Source: Steroidobacteraceae bacterium
Lineage (GTDB): Bacteria; Pseudomonadota; Gammaproteobacteria; Steroidobacterales; Steroidobacteraceae
Assembly: GCA_022865595.1 (NCBI GenBank)
Contig: JALHTE010000370.1
Location: 2,657-66,656, forward strand
Length of the DNA stretch: 64,000 nt
Direction: 5' to 3'
Within the stretch, counting starts at the first letter, position 1; each line of letters opens with the position of its first letter. Below, in pieces: positions 28,889-40,781 of the stretch. The notes under the pieces were generated by a model that was not told where the DNA came from, made no database searches, and was given only the letters and a program-made list of their open reading frames with translations. Made by a program: the position numbers and the translations under genes.

Positions 28889-29815
28889 ATGTTGGACCTA
28901 AATAGGTGCCGCTCGCCGCCGCCGGCCGCCGCGACGGTCGCGGACCTCGTCCATTACGGCGCGGCCGAATTCGAGCAAGCCGGCCTTGCGTTCGGCCATG
29001 GTACCGACAACGCAGTGGATGAGTCCGCAGCCCTCGTCTTCCACGTGCTGGGGCTGGATCACGCGCAGGCTGCGGAGGCCTACGGGCTGGTTCCCGGCCC
29101 GCGCGAGGTCGAACGCGTGCTTGGCCTGTTCGGCGAGCGCATCGGGCGCCGCGTGCCTGCAGCCTATCTCACCGGGCGCATGTGGTTCGCCGGCCTCGAA
29201 TTCGAGGTGGACGAGCGCGTCATCGTGCCGCGTTCACCATTCGCGGAGCTCGTCGCCGCGCGCTTCGAGCCCTGGATCGATCCGGCGCCAGTCAGCAGGA
29301 TCCTCGACATAGGTACCGGCTCGGGCTGCATCGCAATCGCTTGTGCGAAGGCGTTTCCGGATGCTCGGGTGGACGCCGTGGAGCTGTCGCCCGAAGCCCT
29401 CGAGGTGGCGCGGCGCAACGTCGCGCGACACCAGGTCGGTGACCGGCTGGAGTTGCTGCTGGGCGACGTGTTCGGGCCGCTGGCCGGACGCCGCTACGAC
29501 CTGATCGTCTCCAATCCGCCCTACGTGAGCGACGAGGAGATGGCGGGACTGCCCGAGGAGTACCTGCACGAGCCCGATCTCGCGCTCAGGGCCGGGGGAG
29601 ACGGCCTCGACGTGGTCAGGCGCATCCTCGAAGGGGCCGCTGCTCACCTCGAGCAGGACGGTGCGATCTTCGTCGAGGTTGGCGACAGCGACGAACGACT
29701 CTCGCGGGCCTTCCCCCGACTTCCGTTCACCTGGGTTGAATTCGAACACGGCGGCGGGGGCGTGTTCGTGTTAAGAAGAGCGCAACTCGGGGCCGAGCGG
29801 CCACGCGGCGCTTGA
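28889..29815 (+). CDS. prmB: 50S ribosomal protein L3 glutamine N5-methyltransferase
   Basis: [46 protein letters not shown] and IVSNPPYV are colinear with E. coli PrmB. It is followed by aroC, as in E. coli. Confidence 0.88.
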   Translation: MLDLNRCRSPPPAAATVADLVHYGAAEFEQAGLAFGHGTDNAVDESAALVFHVLGLDHAQAAEAYGLVPGPREVERVLGLFGERIGRRVPAAYLTGRMWFAGLEFEVDERVIVPRSPFAELVAARFEPWIDPAPVSRILDIGTGSGCIAIACAKAFPDARVDAVELSPEALEVARRNVARHQVGDRLELLLGDVFGPLAGRRYDLIVSNPPYVSDEEMAGLPEEYLHEPDLALRAGGDGLDVVRRILEGAAAHLEQDGAIFVEVGDSDERLSRAFPRLPFTWVEFEHGGGGVFVLRRAQLGAERPRGA

Positions 29816-29841
29816 GTCACGGAACCTTCCAGAGTCACACG

Positions 29842-30939
29842 ATGTCGGGCAACACTTTCGGCCAACTCTTCACGGTCACCACTTTCGGCGAAAGCCACGG
29901 GCCCGCGCTCGGCTGCATCGTCGATGGGTGTCCGCCGGGACTCGCGCTTTCCGAGGACGACATCCAGCAGGACGTCGAGCGCCGGCGTTCCGGCACCTCG
30001 CGCTACACGAGCCAGCGACGCGAGGCAGACAGCGTGCGCATACTCTCCGGCGTCTTCGAGGGTCGCACGACCGGCACCCCGATCGGACTGCTGGTCGAGA
30101 ACCAGGATCAACGCTCCTACGACTACGAAAAGATCAAGGACCGCTTCCGGCCGGGCCATGCCGACTACACCTACCAGCACAAGTACGGTTTCCGCGACTA
30201 CCGCGGAGGTGGGCGTTCGTCGGCGCGCGAAACCGTCATGCGCGTGGCGGCCGGTGCGATCGCGCGCAAGTACCTCACCGAGCAGGCGGGCATTGCCATC
30301 CGTGGCTACCTCGCACAGATGGGCGACGTCGCCATCGAGCCGCTGGACCTGGACGAGGTCGACCGCAATCCGTTCTTCTGTCCGGACCCGGCGCGGGTCC
30401 CGGACCTCGAGGCACTCATCGACCGGCTGCGCCGCGAGGGCGACTCGATCGGGGCGCGGGTAAACGTGCTTGCGAGCGGAGTGCCCCCGGGCCTGGGTGA
30501 GCCCGTGTTCGACCGGCTCGACGCCGATCTTGCCCACGCCATGATGAGCATCAACGCCGTGAAGGGTGTCGAGGTCGGTGACGGCTTTGCCGTGGTCGGC
30601 CAGCGCGGATCGCAGCACCGCGACGAATTGACCCCCGCGGGCTTCCTCTCCAACCACGCGGGCGGAACGCTGGGCGGAATCTCGTCCGGGCAGGATGTCT
30701 TGGTCAGCCTGGCCCTGAAGCCAACCTCGAGCATCGTGCTGCCCGGTCGCACCATCGACGTGGCCGGCAACCCGGTGGAGGTCAGCACGACCGGCCGGCA
30801 CGATCCCTGCGTTGGCATCCGCGCCGTGCCGATAGCCGAGGCGATGATGGCGCTCGTGCTGGTGGACCATTTCCTCAGGCACCGGGCGCAGAATTCTGAT
30901 GTCGAGGTCACGACACCCGTGATCACCCGCGGGGGCTGA
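29842..30939 (+). CDS. aroC: Chorismate synthase
   Basis: [33 protein letters not shown]... is the canonical AroC N-terminus. Confidence 0.95.
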   Translation: MSGNTFGQLFTVTTFGESHGPALGCIVDGCPPGLALSEDDIQQDVERRRSGTSRYTSQRREADSVRILSGVFEGRTTGTPIGLLVENQDQRSYDYEKIKDRFRPGHADYTYQHKYGFRDYRGGGRSSARETVMRVAAGAIARKYLTEQAGIAIRGYLAQMGDVAIEPLDLDEVDRNPFFCPDPARVPDLEALIDRLRREGDSIGARVNVLASGVPPGLGEPVFDRLDADLAHAMMSINAVKGVEVGDGFAVVGQRGSQHRDELTPAGFLSNHAGGTLGGISSGQDVLVSLALKPTSSIVLPGRTIDVAGNPVEVSTTGRHDPCVGIRAVPIAEAMMALVLVDHFLRHRAQNSDVEVTTPVITRGG

Positions 30940-31136
30940 TCGCGGTGAATGGTGTGAAATGTGCCGCATGTCCACCCCCCGGCCGCTGCAACGCGCTACA
31001 AAGCGGGGGATAGACGCCTGTGGGCGTAGGTCGGGGCGTCAGTTATAGTTATGTTCAATTCGCAACAGTCAACGAGTCCGGCCCGGCGGGCATGCCGTCC
31101 GTCGCTACCGGAATGTCGTAACTGGCGGGAGCAACG

Positions 31137-33752
31137 ATGAAGTCAGCCGTTCGACGTGTCCTACTGCTAAGCGCCCTGTTGTCGCCCGGTGCGTTGTACG
31201 CGCTTGGCCTCGGCGAGATTCACCTTCATTCGGCGTTGAACCAGCCATTCGACGCCGACATTGACCTTGTTGCTGCGCAGGAAGAGGACCTCTCCGCGTT
31301 GCGCGCGTCGCTGGCACCGAACGACGCCTTTGCCCGCTACGGTCTCGACAAGCCCGCCTACCTGTCGGACTTCACGTTCAGGGTCGTGCGCGGCTCTGAC
31401 GGCAGGAGCTACCTCACGGTCACCTCGCCGCGGCCGGTCACAGAGCCTTTCGTCACCATGCTTGTCGCGGCCGACTGGCCGCGTGGGCGCCTGCTGCGCG
31501 AGTATACGGTCCTGCTCGACCCGCCCGTTTTCGCTCCGCCGACCCAGGCGAGCGAGCCATCCGTCGCTGCCCCGGTCGTGCAGGCCCCGCGTTCGACGTC
31601 GTCCAGGCCGCCGGCCCCACGGCCGGAGTCCGCACCCGCCTCGGCTGCCCCGGAGCGCCAGGTAACCACACGGCCGACGGTCGTCGCCGGGTCCGAGTAT
31701 CGAGTGCGCAGGAACGACACGCTGTGGAAGATCGCGAGCGAGGCGTATCCGGGTTCGCGTTCCAATGTGAACCGGGCGATGGTGGCCATCTACCAGAGCA
31801 ACCAGCACGCGTTCGACAACAACATCAACGTGCTGCGCGCGGGCGCTACGCTCAGGATCCCGGAAGCATCAGCTGTCGATGCCATTCCGGCCTCTGAAGC
31901 GGCGGCAGAAGTGTCGCGGCAGTACAAGTTGTGGCGCGACGGGAGCGCCGCAGCCGAATCCTCGGACGCTGCAGGCGGACGCCTGCGACTGGTTTCGCCG
32001 GAGCAGGGTTCGGCGGCCGCCTCTACGGCAACGACCTCGACGCAGCCATCAGCGGCAAGCGGGGCCGAGGCCAGCCAGCTCCAGTCACGTGTGCAGCAAC
32101 TCGAAGCCGAGCTCGCGGAAGCGCGCCGCCTGCTCGAGGTCAAGAACGCCGAACTCGCGACGCTGCAGGGTCCGGCGGCTGCCGGCGAGCCGGGTGCAGA
32201 GACCCTGACGACGCCCGAGGGAAGCGCTCCAGTCGAAGGCGCGGAAGCGCCGTCGGCCGGTGCACTGCCCGGTGAGGCCGCGGCGCCGGTGGCTGAAGTC
32301 GCGCCAGTGCCAGAGCCAGCGCCAGAGCCGGCGCCAGAGACCAAGGAACCCAGGCAGCAGCCGAAGGCGGGGCAAGGACCTTCGCTGACCGAGCGCCTTG
32401 CGGGTTACTGGTGGGTCCTGCTTGGGCTACTCGCAGCGGCGCTGGCATTCACTCTTTATCGGCGCAGCCGCGGCGAGTCCGGCGACAAGGAAGTGGACCT
32501 GCAGGAGGCACTCGCGCGGACCAGGACGGACCTGCGCGCCCGCGGCCCTGCGGTGCGCGAGGAAGCGATCGTCGTCGAAGAGCGCCGTCCGGCCGATATG
32601 CGCACGGCGGCCGCGGCAGCCAAGCCGTCGCGCGCGCCGGAGACGCCACGGGGGGCCGCCGCGACAGATGACACGATCTCAGGTGAGGAGCCCGTCAGCG
32701 TCGAGGCCGGCGATCCGCTGGCGGAGGCCGATTTCCACATGGCCTACGGCCTGTACGACCAGGCGGCCGAACTCGTACAACTCGCGATCAAGCGTGCTCC
32801 ACAGCGCCGCGACCTCAAGCTCAAGTTGCTCGAGATCTTTTTCGTCTGGGGCAACCGCGATCGTTTTGTCGAGACCGCGCGCGAAATGAAAGGCTCGCAG
32901 GGCGTCGCCCAGCCAGGCGAGTGGGACAAGATCGTGATCATGGGCAAGCAGATCGCGCCCGAGGACGAGATGTTCGCCGCGGCGAGCCCGGTCGCCTCGA
33001 GCCTGGACATGGAACTCCAGGGCAGCGACGGTCCGCTCGACATGGACCTCGGGGCGGAGCAGGGATCCGGCGAGGTGGTCGACGTCGAGTCCGTCGGCAC
33101 CGAGGACGGAGACGGTGGGCTCGACTTTGACGTCACCGATGCAACGGTAGAGGCGACGCATATCGGCCAGCGGTCCAGCGGATCCGAGGATCCGACGCAG
33201 GAAGTCGCGATCGAGGACCTGGGTCTCGATGTCGGCGATTCGGGGTCGCTGGACGACGCCGACGATTTCAGCGACATGCTCGAGGAACGGCCAAAGGCCG
33301 CGGTCGAGGATACCGTGGAGAACCCACGTATCCCGGCGCAGGCGCGTTCCGAGGATGATGACGAGGACATTCTCAGCGCGACCGGGATTTTCAGCGAGCA
33401 GACGGGGATCATGCCGGCGCTCGACCCGACCAACGAAACGCCGGCGCTCGACCCGACCAACGAAGTGCCGACGCTGGAGGCTGACGCTGGAGCGACGGGC
33501 CTGATGCCGACGATCCAGGCGCCCCGGCTGTCGGACAAGCCGTCGGACAAGCCGTCCGGCGAGGTCGATTTCGACCTGGGCGACGAGCCTTTCACGCTGA
33601 GCGAAGTTGGCACGAAACTCGACCTTGCGCGGGCCTATGTGGACATGGGTGACCCGGAGGGCGCGCGCAGCATCCTCGACGAGGTGCTCAAGGAAGGCAG
33701 TGACGAGCAGAAGCAGGAAGCAGAACGCTTGATGGCGAGCCTGCCGTCCTGA
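31137..33752 (+). CDS. fimV: FimV/HubP-family polar peptidoglycan-binding protein
   Basis: The protein has a signal peptide, the FimV N-terminal domain (LGLGEIHLHSALNQPFDADIDL) and a LysM domain (YRVRRNDTLWKIA). These are followed by an acidic low-complexity region, one TM segment and the C-terminal motif LDLARAYVDMGDPEGARSILDEVL. It lies upstream of truA. Confidence 0.85.
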   Translation: MKSAVRRVLLLSALLSPGALYALGLGEIHLHSALNQPFDADIDLVAAQEEDLSALRASLAPNDAFARYGLDKPAYLSDFTFRVVRGSDGRSYLTVTSPRPVTEPFVTMLVAADWPRGRLLREYTVLLDPPVFAPPTQASEPSVAAPVVQAPRSTSSRPPAPRPESAPASAAPERQVTTRPTVVAGSEYRVRRNDTLWKIASEAYPGSRSNVNRAMVAIYQSNQHAFDNNINVLRAGATLRIPEASAVDAIPASEAAAEVSRQYKLWRDGSAAAESSDAAGGRLRLVSPEQGSAAASTATTSTQPSAASGAEASQLQSRVQQLEAELAEARRLLEVKNAELATLQGPAAAGEPGAETLTTPEGSAPVEGAEAPSAGALPGEAAAPVAEVAPVPEPAPEPAPETKEPRQQPKAGQGPSLTERLAGYWWVLLGLLAAALAFTLYRRSRGESGDKEVDLQEALARTRTDLRARGPAVREEAIVVEERRPADMRTAAAAAKPSRAPETPRGAAATDDTISGEEPVSVEAGDPLAEADFHMAYGLYDQAAELVQLAIKRAPQRRDLKLKLLEIFFVWGNRDRFVETAREMKGSQGVAQPGEWDKIVIMGKQIAPEDEMFAAASPVASSLDMELQGSDGPLDMDLGAEQGSGEVVDVESVGTEDGDGGLDFDVTDATVEATHIGQRSSGSEDPTQEVAIEDLGLDVGDSGSLDDADDFSDMLEERPKAAVEDTVENPRIPAQARSEDDDEDILSATGIFSEQTGIMPALDPTNETPALDPTNEVPTLEADAGATGLMPTIQAPRLSDKPSDKPSGEVDFDLGDEPFTLSEVGTKLDLARAYVDMGDPEGARSILDEVLKEGSDEQKQEAERLMASLPS
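33414..33467 (+). repeat. In-frame 27-nt tandem duplication inside fimV (PALDPTNET / PALDPTNEV)
   Basis: CCGGCGCTCGACCCGACCAACGAAACG is repeated immediately with 2 substitutions. A second 12-nt duplication, TCGGACAAGCCG x2, lies at 33531-33554. Confidence 0.85.
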
Positions 33753-33759
33753 TCAGCCG

Positions 33760-34536
33760 ATGGCGCGGGTCGCCATCGGGATCGAGTACGACGGTTCGGC
33801 CTATTCAGGCTGGCAGTTGCAGCAGCACGCGCCGAGCATCCAGGCAGAGCTCGAGCGGGCGCTGGCGAAGGTCGCGGACCACGAGTTGCGACTGACCGCG
33901 GCTGGCCGGACCGACGCCGGCGTGCATGCACTGATGCAGGTGGCCCACTTCGACACGACCGCGTCTAGGCCCGCGCCGGCCTGGGTGCTTGGCGGCTCGG
34001 CGGAATGCGCCCCGGACGTCAGCGTGCTGTGGGCCAGGCAGGTCCCGGACGATTTCCATGCCCGCTTCAGCGCGCTATCGCGCAGCTACATCTACCGGAT
34101 CGTGAACAGGGGGGTCCGGCCGGCCATCGACCGCGGCCACGCCTGCTGGTTGCGTCGGCCGCTGGACGCCGAGGCCATGCACGCGGCTGCGCAGTCCCTG
34201 GTGGGTGAGCACGATTTCTCTGCCTTGCGGGCTGCGGGGTGCCAGTCGCCGACGCCGGTACGCCGGGTGCTGGGCGTGGCGGTGCGGCGCGATTCAGGCC
34301 GTGTCGAAATCCGCATCACCGCCAACGCATTCCTGCACCACATGGTGCGCAATGTTGCCGGCGCGCTGATCGCTGTCGGCGTGGGCGACCGGCCCGTGCG
34401 CTGGGTCGCGGAGCTGCTCGCCTCGCGGGACCGGACCCAGGGTGGCGTCACGGCGCCGCCGCAGGGCCTCTATTTTGCCGGCGTCGCCTACGACCCCCGC
34501 TGGGGGCTGCCGACCGAGGCTGCAGGCTTGCGGTAG
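33760..34536 (+). CDS. truA: tRNA pseudouridine(38-40) synthase
   Basis: [21 protein letters not shown]...[11 protein letters not shown] carries the catalytic Asp motif. Confidence 0.93.
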   Translation: MARVAIGIEYDGSAYSGWQLQQHAPSIQAELERALAKVADHELRLTAAGRTDAGVHALMQVAHFDTTASRPAPAWVLGGSAECAPDVSVLWARQVPDDFHARFSALSRSYIYRIVNRGVRPAIDRGHACWLRRPLDAEAMHAAAQSLVGEHDFSALRAAGCQSPTPVRRVLGVAVRRDSGRVEIRITANAFLHHMVRNVAGALIAVGVGDRPVRWVAELLASRDRTQGGVTAPPQGLYFAGVAYDPRWGLPTEAAGLR

Positions 34537-34564
34537 ACTGCGCGCGGCCGTCCTGGAGACGCAC

Positions 34565-35443
<879 letters not shown>

Positions 35444-35444
35444 G

Positions 35445-36761
35445 ATGCCCCCCGGCCCCCGTTTCCCGGGCCTGGACGACTGGCTGGCCTGGCAGCAGAC
35501 CCTGCATCCCGCGGCAATCGAACTGGGCCTTGACCGGGCACGCCGCGTGCTGGTGCGCACTGGCTGGCGCCGACCGTCCTGCCCGGTCATCACGGTAGGG
35601 GGGACCAATGGCAAGGGATCGTGCGTAGCGATGCTTGCGTCGATGCTGCAGGCTTCGGGCCGGCGGGTCGCGACCTTCACCTCGCCGCACCTGGTCGACT
35701 ACCGGGAGAGGATCCGTATCGACGGCACGCCCGTGTCGGTGGCATCGCTGGTCGCCGCGTTCGAACGCATCGCGGATTCGCTCGGCAGCGATTCGCTGAC
35801 ATTCTTCGAGTTCAACGCCCTCGCGGCGCTGCTGGTGTTCGAGACGGCCGGGCCCGACGCGGTCGTGCTCGAAGTCGGCATGGGAGGGCGACTCGACGCG
35901 GTCAACCTGGTGGACGCCGATGCGTCGGTGGTCGTGTCGGTCGGCCTCGACCACACGGAGTGGCTGGGGTGTGACCTCGAAAGCATTGGTCGTGAGAAGG
36001 CGGGGATCCTGCGGCGCGGACGCCCCGCGATCGTCGGCATGGCGTCACCGCCGCGCTCGGTGCTGGAGGTCGCGGAAGCGGTCGGTGCGGTGTTGTTGCT
36101 GCGCGGGCGCGACTTCGACTGCGCAGTGCAGCCGGAAGGCACGTGGCGATACCACGATGCCGCAGGCGAGCTCGACGCTCTGCCGGCGCCTGCGCTTGCG
36201 GGGATCGCGCAGATCGGCAATGCGGCAACGGCGCTGGCCACGTTGCGCGCGCTCAAGGGCCGGCTGCCTGTCGAGCGAGACGCGCTGGAGGAGGGGCTGC
36301 GTCGCGTAAGACTCCCCGGGAGGTTCCAGCGAATTGCCGACACACGCGGATTCGAGTGGGTGCTCGACGTGGCCCACAACCCGGACGCGGCGCGCACGCT
36401 GGCGGCCAACCTGTTGCATTGCCCGGCGGCGGGGAAAACCGCCGCCATCTGCGGCATGCTCGGCGACAAGGACATCGAGGGTGTCGTGGGCATCCTCGGC
36501 GCCCGCGCCAGCCGCTGGATCGCCGCCGACACGGACGGCCCGCGGGGCATGCTCGAACACGCGCTTGCCACCCGCGCCGCGTCTGTTGGCGTCACCATGG
36601 AGCACGGCGGCACCGTGGCGGAGGCGATGGAGCTTGCCACGGCTGATGCGGTCAAGGGTGACCGGATCGTGGTGTTCGGGTCGTTCCACACGGTCGGGCC
36701 GGCACTCGAGTACCTGGGACAGTCACGACTGGACGGCGGGAACCCGCGGGTCTGGCTATAA
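35445..36761 (+). CDS. folC: Bifunctional folylpolyglutamate synthase / dihydrofolate synthase
   Basis: The Mur-ligase P-loop VGGTNGKGS is present and the gene follows accD. Confidence 0.9.
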   Translation: MPPGPRFPGLDDWLAWQQTLHPAAIELGLDRARRVLVRTGWRRPSCPVITVGGTNGKGSCVAMLASMLQASGRRVATFTSPHLVDYRERIRIDGTPVSVASLVAAFERIADSLGSDSLTFFEFNALAALLVFETAGPDAVVLEVGMGGRLDAVNLVDADASVVVSVGLDHTEWLGCDLESIGREKAGILRRGRPAIVGMASPPRSVLEVAEAVGAVLLLRGRDFDCAVQPEGTWRYHDAAGELDALPAPALAGIAQIGNAATALATLRALKGRLPVERDALEEGLRRVRLPGRFQRIADTRGFEWVLDVAHNPDAARTLAANLLHCPAAGKTAAICGMLGDKDIEGVVGILGARASRWIAADTDGPRGMLEHALATRAASVGVTMEHGGTVAEAMELATADAVKGDRIVVFGSFHTVGPALEYLGQSRLDGGNPRVWL

Positions 36762-36769
36762 TTTTCACC

Positions 36770-37435
36770 ATGGACAAAGCGCTCAAGGCGAGACTGATCG
36801 GTGCCGCAGTGCTGGTGGCGCTGGCGGTCCTGTTGATTCCGGAACTCCTCTCAGGCCGGAAGGCGGGCAACGCCGGGGACGAGGTGGCAGCAGCCTCACC
36901 CGGTACCCGGACATTCACGATCGAACTGGCCGGATCCGTCCCGGACCCGGCACCCACTGCGAGATCGGCGTCGCCCTCGATTTCGGGTACCGAGCCCGCC
37001 CAGGAGCCGCCGCCGGCGAGCGGACCAGCGAGTGCGACGCCGGATGCCGCGCCTGCCTCCCGGGCAGACGGGAAGACTGCCGATCAGCCACCAGCGCGTG
37101 ATGCGGGGGCTGCTGCGCCAGCACCGCAGCGTCCTGCGCCTGAGGCGAAGGTGAATGCGCCGGCACCTGCTGCCAGGTCCGATGCCGCGGCCAGCACCGT
37201 GAAGGGCGGATGGGCCGTGCAGGTCGGGGCATTCAGCACTGCCGAGAAGGCCAACAAGCTGGCGGCGGAGCTTAAATCGGCGGGATTCCGCGCGTACGTC
37301 TCGCCGGTTTCGAAGTCGGGCAAGACGCTGCAGCGCGTCCGCGTGGGGCCCGAGGCCGATCGTTCGCGCGCCGAAGGCATCGCTGCCAAGCTGAAAGCGC
37401 GCGGCCTGCCCGCGACTGTGGTCGCAAGCGATTGA
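36770..37435 (+). CDS. dedD: SPOR-domain cell-division protein (DedD-like)
   Basis: The protein has an N-terminal TM segment, a Pro/Ala-rich linker and a C-terminal SPOR domain (GWAVQVGAFSTAEKANKLAAELKSAGF). It sits in the position between folC and cvpA. Confidence 0.78.
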   Translation: MDKALKARLIGAAVLVALAVLLIPELLSGRKAGNAGDEVAAASPGTRTFTIELAGSVPDPAPTARSASPSISGTEPAQEPPPASGPASATPDAAPASRADGKTADQPPARDAGAAAPAPQRPAPEAKVNAPAPAARSDAAASTVKGGWAVQVGAFSTAEKANKLAAELKSAGFRAYVSPVSKSGKTLQRVRVGPEADRSRAEGIAAKLKARGLPATVVASD

Positions 37436-37495
37436 CCATGCTCTGTTAGACTGCCGCGCCACCTAGTGGCTGCCTGGCACCAGGATACGATTCGC

Positions 37496-37999
37496 ATGAC
37501 GACAGTGGATTACATCATCGTAGCGGCGCTGGTCCTGTCCACCCTGTTTGGCGGAATTCGCGGGTTCCTGCGCGAGTCGGTGGCGCTGCTCGGCTGGCTG
37601 GTCGGGCTCTGGCTTGCGTGGCGCTACGCGGACCGCGTCGAGCCGTATCTCGGCGGCGCCATCAAGGACACGCTGCTGCAGCCCTGGGTGGCCCGCGCAC
37701 TGGTGCTGCTGGCCGTCGTGGTCGCTGCGTGGCTGCTGGGCAGCCTGCTCAGCTACCTCGTGCAGCGATCCGGCCTCACGCTTGGGATGGACCGGCTGCT
37801 CGGAGCGCTGTTCGGCGTCGTCCGCGGCGCGGTAATCGTCGGATTCGCGGTAATGCTTGGCCAGGCTGCGGAACTGCAGGGCGAAGACTGGTGGCGGTCC
37901 TCGCGCCTGATGCCGCTCGGCCAGGAAATGGCCACCGTGCTGCGCGGATACGTGGAGACCGGCAGCGAGTACCTGCAAGAAGCGCTTCCGGAAACCTGA
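37496..37999 (+). CDS. cvpA: CvpA-family membrane protein
   Basis: MTTVDYIIVAALVLSTLFGGIRGFLRE... It has four hydrophobic segments and lies upstream of purF, as in E. coli. Confidence 0.85.
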   Translation: MTTVDYIIVAALVLSTLFGGIRGFLRESVALLGWLVGLWLAWRYADRVEPYLGGAIKDTLLQPWVARALVLLAVVVAAWLLGSLLSYLVQRSGLTLGMDRLLGALFGVVRGAVIVGFAVMLGQAAELQGEDWWRSSRLMPLGQEMATVLRGYVETGSEYLQEALPET

Positions 38000-38008
38000 G
38001 GCAGCACC

Positions 38009-39526
38009 ATGTGCGGCATCGTCGGCATCGTCGGTAGCACCCCGGTCAACCAGCAGATCTATGACGCGTTGACGGTGCTCCAGCATCGTGGGCAGGACGC
38101 GGCCGGCATCATGACCGCGCAGGCCGGCGAACTGTCCATGCGCAAGGACATCGGCCTGGTGCGCGACGTCTTCCAGCAGCGTCACATGCTTCAGCTCAAG
38201 GGCAACAGCGGCATCGGCCACGTACGCTACCCGACCGCCGGTTGCGACAGCTCGGACGAGGCGCAGCCCTTCTACGTCAATTCTCCCTTCGGCATCTGCC
38301 TGGCTCACAACGGCAACCTGACCAATGCCGCCGAGCTGGCGGACGTGCTGATCCGCGAGGACCGGCGCCACCTCAACACCAGCTCGGACTCGGAAGTGCT
38401 GCTGAACGTGCTCGCGAGCGAACTGCAGCGCTTCGGCACGCCGCGGGCGACGCCGGCCGACATATTTGCGGCGCTGTCCGCGGTGTACCGCCGCATCCGC
38501 GGTGGCTATGCCGTCGTGGCGATGATCATGGGCCACGGGGTCGTCGGTTTTCGCGACCCGCACGGCATTCGTCCGCTTGTGATCGGCACGCGCGAAGGAC
38601 CCAAGGGCCGTGAGTACATGCTCGCCTCCGAGAGTGTCGCCCTCGACCAGGCAGGGTACCGACGGCTGCGCGACGTGGGGCCGGGCGAGGCGGTGTTCGT
38701 GGATGAACAGGGCCAGATGCACAGCAAGCAGTGCGTCGCGGCGCCGCGCCACACGCCCTGCATCTTCGAGTACGTCTACTTCGCGCGGCCCGACTCGATC
38801 ATGGACAACATCTCCGTCTACAAGGCGCGCATGCGCATGGGCGAGTTGCTGGCCGAAAAGATCAGGAACGAGCGGCCCGAGCACGACATCGACGTCGTGA
38901 TACCGGTGCCGGATACCAGCCGTACCAGCGCGTTGCAGGTCGCGCAGCTGCTGGGCGTGAAGTACCGCGAGGGCTTCATCAAGAACCGCTACATCGGCCG
39001 CACCTTCATCATGCCGGGCCAGGAGCAGCGGTCGAAATCTGTGCGCAGCAAGCTGAACGCCATCGACCTCGAGTTTCGCGGCCGTAACGTGCTGCTGGTG
39101 GACGATTCCATCGTGCGCGGCACCACTTCCGCGCAGATCATCGAGGTCGCGCGCGAGGCTGGCGCCCGCAAGGTCTATTTCGCGTCGGCGGCTCCGCCGG
39201 TGCGTTACCCGAACGTCTACGGCATCGACATGCCGGCGGCATCGGAACTGGTCGCGGCCGGCCGCACCGAGCAGGAGGTCGCGCGCATCATCGGCGCCGA
39301 CTGGCTCATCTACCAGGACCTCGACGACCTGGTGCAGGCCGTGCGTCACCACGATGCACAGGTCACCGAGTTCGACACCTCGTGCTTCTCCGGCGAGTAT
39401 GTGACCGGCGACGTCACGCCGGAGTACCTTGCCCGCCTGCAGGCCGAGCGGTCCGACCTGGCCAAGACCGAGCGCAGCACGTCGAGCGGCGGGCGCGGCC
39501 CGCTCAGGGTTGTCGGCGGGCCGTGA
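38009..39526 (+). CDS. purF: Amidophosphoribosyltransferase
   Basis: MCGIVGIVG carries the Ntn-cysteine, and the PRPP loop [14 protein letters not shown] is present. Confidence 0.96.
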   Translation: MCGIVGIVGSTPVNQQIYDALTVLQHRGQDAAGIMTAQAGELSMRKDIGLVRDVFQQRHMLQLKGNSGIGHVRYPTAGCDSSDEAQPFYVNSPFGICLAHNGNLTNAAELADVLIREDRRHLNTSSDSEVLLNVLASELQRFGTPRATPADIFAALSAVYRRIRGGYAVVAMIMGHGVVGFRDPHGIRPLVIGTREGPKGREYMLASESVALDQAGYRRLRDVGPGEAVFVDEQGQMHSKQCVAAPRHTPCIFEYVYFARPDSIMDNISVYKARMRMGELLAEKIRNERPEHDIDVVIPVPDTSRTSALQVAQLLGVKYREGFIKNRYIGRTFIMPGQEQRSKSVRSKLNAIDLEFRGRNVLLVDDSIVRGTTSAQIIEVAREAGARKVYFASAAPPVRYPNVYGIDMPAASELVAAGRTEQEVARIIGADWLIYQDLDDLVQAVRHHDAQVTEFDTSCFSGEYVTGDVTPEYLARLQAERSDLAKTERSTSSGGRGPLRVVGGP

Positions 39527-39542
39527 ACGGCCGCGCCGCGGA

Positions 39543-40781
39543 ATGACGGTCAGGGCACTAATCGTCAGCGATCGGCCCGAATTCCGGCAGCTGCTCGCCC
39601 ACCATGTCACGCTCGAGTGGCGGGACGCTCTTCCGGCCGAGTACGAGCCCGCCAGGCGCGGCCGGCTGCAGGCCTCGTTTCGCGGGTCGGTCTACGACGT
39701 GGTGCTACTCGACCACGAGGTGCAGGAAGGTCGCGGGCTCGAATGGCTCGAGGACCTGGGCGATCGGGCAGGATTTCCACCGATCGTCTACTTCGCGCCA
39801 GCGGGCGACGAGCGCGCAATGCGCGCCGGGGCCTCGCGGGTGCTGGCCCGGCTGGAGTTCGATCACGAGCAGTTCGCCGCGGCGCTGCGCGAAGCGCTCG
39901 TCGAACGCCACAACGTGCTGGCGGGTACCTCGCGAGCCGCCCTGGAGCCGCCGCCGCCCGACCGGTTCGGTTCGGTGCGGATCCGCGGTTATCGCTGCGT
40001 CCGACGCATCGCCGTCGGCGGCTCTTCCAGCGTGTTCCTGGCAGCGGTCGAAGGCACCGGCGAGGCACGTGTCCTCAAGGTATTCCGCCAGGTTCCGGAC
40101 GCGGTGGAGGGCACGACGACGTTCGATCGCTTCCTGCGCGAGTTCGACCTCGCCGCCCGGCTCGATCACCCGAACATCGCACGCATCCACGACCTGGGCG
40201 TGGCCGACGACCACGTCTACCTGGCGATGGAGTACTTTCCGGGCGGCGACCTGCGCTCGAGGATGAGCGGACCCCTGCCGTGGCGTGATGCGCTCGTGTA
40301 CGTGCGCCAGCTCGCGGCTGCGCTCGGTGCCCTGCACGACATCGGCGTGCTGCACCGGGACGTGAAGCCCGGCAATGTGCTGCTGCGCGGCGACGGCAGT
40401 GTTGCGTTCATTGACTTCGGGCTGGCGCGACAGCTCGACCTGGACAGCGACATCACTGGCAACGGCGCGATTTTCGGCACGCCGCACTACATGAGTCCGG
40501 AGCAGGGGCACGGGCTCACGCTCGACGGGCGCAGTGACCTCTACAGTCTCGGCATCGTCCTGCACGAGATGCTCAGCGGCGTGAAACCGTTCCGCGCCGA
40601 GACGCCGCTGGCGGTGATCTACATGCACGCCAACGAGCCGCTGCCGCGCCTGCCGCCCGCGGTTGCGCACCTGCAGCCGCTGCTTGACGTACTGCTTGCG
40701 AAACGGCCGGCGGACCGGCCGGCCTCGGCCGCCGAGATCATCGCGCGCGTTGACGAGCTGCTCGGACTGGCGGCGGCCTGA
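39543..40781 (+). CDS. Ser/Thr protein kinase with N-terminal receiver-like domain
   Basis: The N-terminus MTVRALIVSDRPEFRQLL...YDVVLLDHEV...PPIVYFA looks like CheY. It is followed by HRDVKPGNVLL, DFGLA and TPHYMSPEQ. The ATG at 39543 was chosen inside the longer ORF. Confidence 0.78.
   Translation: MTVRALIVSDRPEFRQLLAHHVTLEWRDALPAEYEPARRGRLQASFRGSVYDVVLLDHEVQEGRGLEWLEDLGDRAGFPPIVYFAPAGDERAMRAGASRVLARLEFDHEQFAAALREALVERHNVLAGTSRAALEPPPPDRFGSVRIRGYRCVRRIAVGGSSSVFLAAVEGTGEARVLKVFRQVPDAVEGTTTFDRFLREFDLAARLDHPNIARIHDLGVADDHVYLAMEYFPGGDLRSRMSGPLPWRDALVYVRQLAAALGALHDIGVLHRDVKPGNVLLRGDGSVAFIDFGLARQLDLDSDITGNGAIFGTPHYMSPEQGHGLTLDGRSDLYSLGIVLHEMLSGVKPFRAETPLAVIYMHANEPLPRLPPAVAHLQPLLDVLLAKRPADRPASAAEIIARVDELLGLAAA

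Noticed and set aside
31137-33752. CRISPR-like or other regularly spaced repeats.
   Set aside because: The only tandem repeats are short in-frame duplications inside fimV, encoding low-complexity linker peptide. The window has no repeat-spacer architecture and no cas genes.
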